Origin: Balanoglossus misakiensis
Lineage: Eukaryota > Animalia > Hemichordata
Direction of reading: 5' to 3'
DNA length: 64,000 bases
NCBI GenBank assembly: GCA_040954595.2
Contig: CM082580.2
Location: forward strand, 6,765,519 to 6,829,518
Below are positions 62,791-64,000 of the stretch, piece after piece. Below the pieces are notes generated by a model. The model worked only from the letters and a program-made list of their open reading frames with translations. It did no database searches and had not been told where the DNA came from. The first letter of the stretch is position 1. Each line of letters starts with the position of its first letter. The position numbers and the translations under genes were made by a program.

Positions 62791-64000
62791 CAGTACACGG
62801 TTCACCAGAACCGGCCAATCGACAACGTCGTCACGCGCGCGGCAACCACACAGGAACTGGCAGACTACGAAGAAGCAAAGCGCAATCTAGATAACCATTA
62901 CCATTTCCAGGTATCTGTAGAATAATTGCTTATACCGTCAACCAGTGAACTCTTTTCCTCGGTCGTCCCACAACGTGACAGCTGTCACTTGGAGACTAAA
63001 TTGCACAAAAAAATCAACTAACAACTTATAGATGTTACCTTCACCGGAATTTTACAGATTCGGTCTAAAAACTTGGTTTTTAAAACCTTAGACCCTCTAA
63101 AAGTGTTAACCATAGTAAGAGCACGTTCACTAAATACTGGTCTTAATTCTAAATAAAGCATATTTACAAAGAGTTTTTTATCTTTTCCTAAAAGGCGCAT
63201 TATATTATCTCGCTTTTCTAATATTAAACGCCACCAACGTTAACTTCTTTCACTATCACCTGGCGTAAAATTGGTTGCACACATTATAATAAACTTTCCG
63301 GGGGCAGAATATCCATTGACAAAATGAATGACGTCACAAAGTTCCCCAAAATCCGTGTCAGGAACAGCCGCCCCCTTCTGTGACACATTGACGACGTCTT
63401 TCCAAATAATGTTTTAAGTTCAAACCTATTAATAACTCAAATGGAAGCTTGATGGAAAGAACCTCGCAAAAGTTATATTCTTTTTTAAAAAAAATACCTT
63501 CTCACAGGCTTGGTGTTATTGGTAACGTATATAAAAATGTTTCTACATTCGCAGTGGCGATCGCCGTGTGGCAGAAATACAAGTAGTCCGTCCATTATCT
63601 GACATAGACACCGGCGTATAACTCTCCTATGCATACAACTCCCCAATGAAAAAAATACAGGTCCGCCATCTTGGTTATCGGTTACTCTTCTGTACTTGGT
63701 TTTGATCGCCTGTAAAACGCAAAAACATGTTTGTCTAAATGTAGAATGAATGAACTCACACCGAATTAGTTACATTGAATCTAACGTAGGAGCTTACCCC
63801 CACCCCTCTTGTGGTCAACAACCCTTCGCTCATCAGAATTACATGTAATTTTCCCTTAGTTTCTTATAGTCTCAATTGTTTTCAGAAATACCGTAGCTCA
63901 GGCAATTATTTGTGTTGTATGAGACGTACGACGTGTATGTATGTCCTCCAGCAGTGTTCGCCATATTGGATTGTATTGCAAAACAAATTCATGTAAGGCT

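Overview
This is intron-rich, AT-rich animal genomic DNA. An invertebrate deuterostome (hemichordate/echinoderm-like) is inferred from gene content and intron positions. Almost all entries in the supplied ORF track are spurious; real genes were rebuilt by hand from GT-AG splice sites and reading-frame phase. Six protein genes are supported: (1) the last five coding exons of a FAM117/GLCCI1-family gene (+, 7373-16699); (2) a complete VAT1 homolog (-, 6 exons); (3) a complete Rnd/RhoE atypical Rho GTPase (+, 5 exons), head-to-head with VAT1 across about 540 bp, the same arrangement as human VAT1-RND2; (4, 5) two tandem lysosomal GH35 beta-galactosidase (GLB1) paralogs (-); (6) an intronless JmjC-only 2-oxoglutarate oxygenase (+) divergent from the second GLB1 copy. 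Several non-autonomous DNA elements are visible: Harbinger- and mariner-type MITEs, a Helentron-associated element and a Crypton-like double-hairpin element. The most notable signals are the remodelled active site of one GLB1 copy (catalytic Glu pair kept, precise intron loss, patchy exon homogenisation with its neighbour), the VAT1-Rnd bidirectional pair, the atypical JmjC enzyme and candidate alternative exons in the FAM117/GLCCI1 gene. I do not see evidence for a wholly new multi-gene system; the novelty is at the level of paralog divergence and gene architecture. Comparisons with human proteins, gene order and repeat families are from recall, not from database searches.
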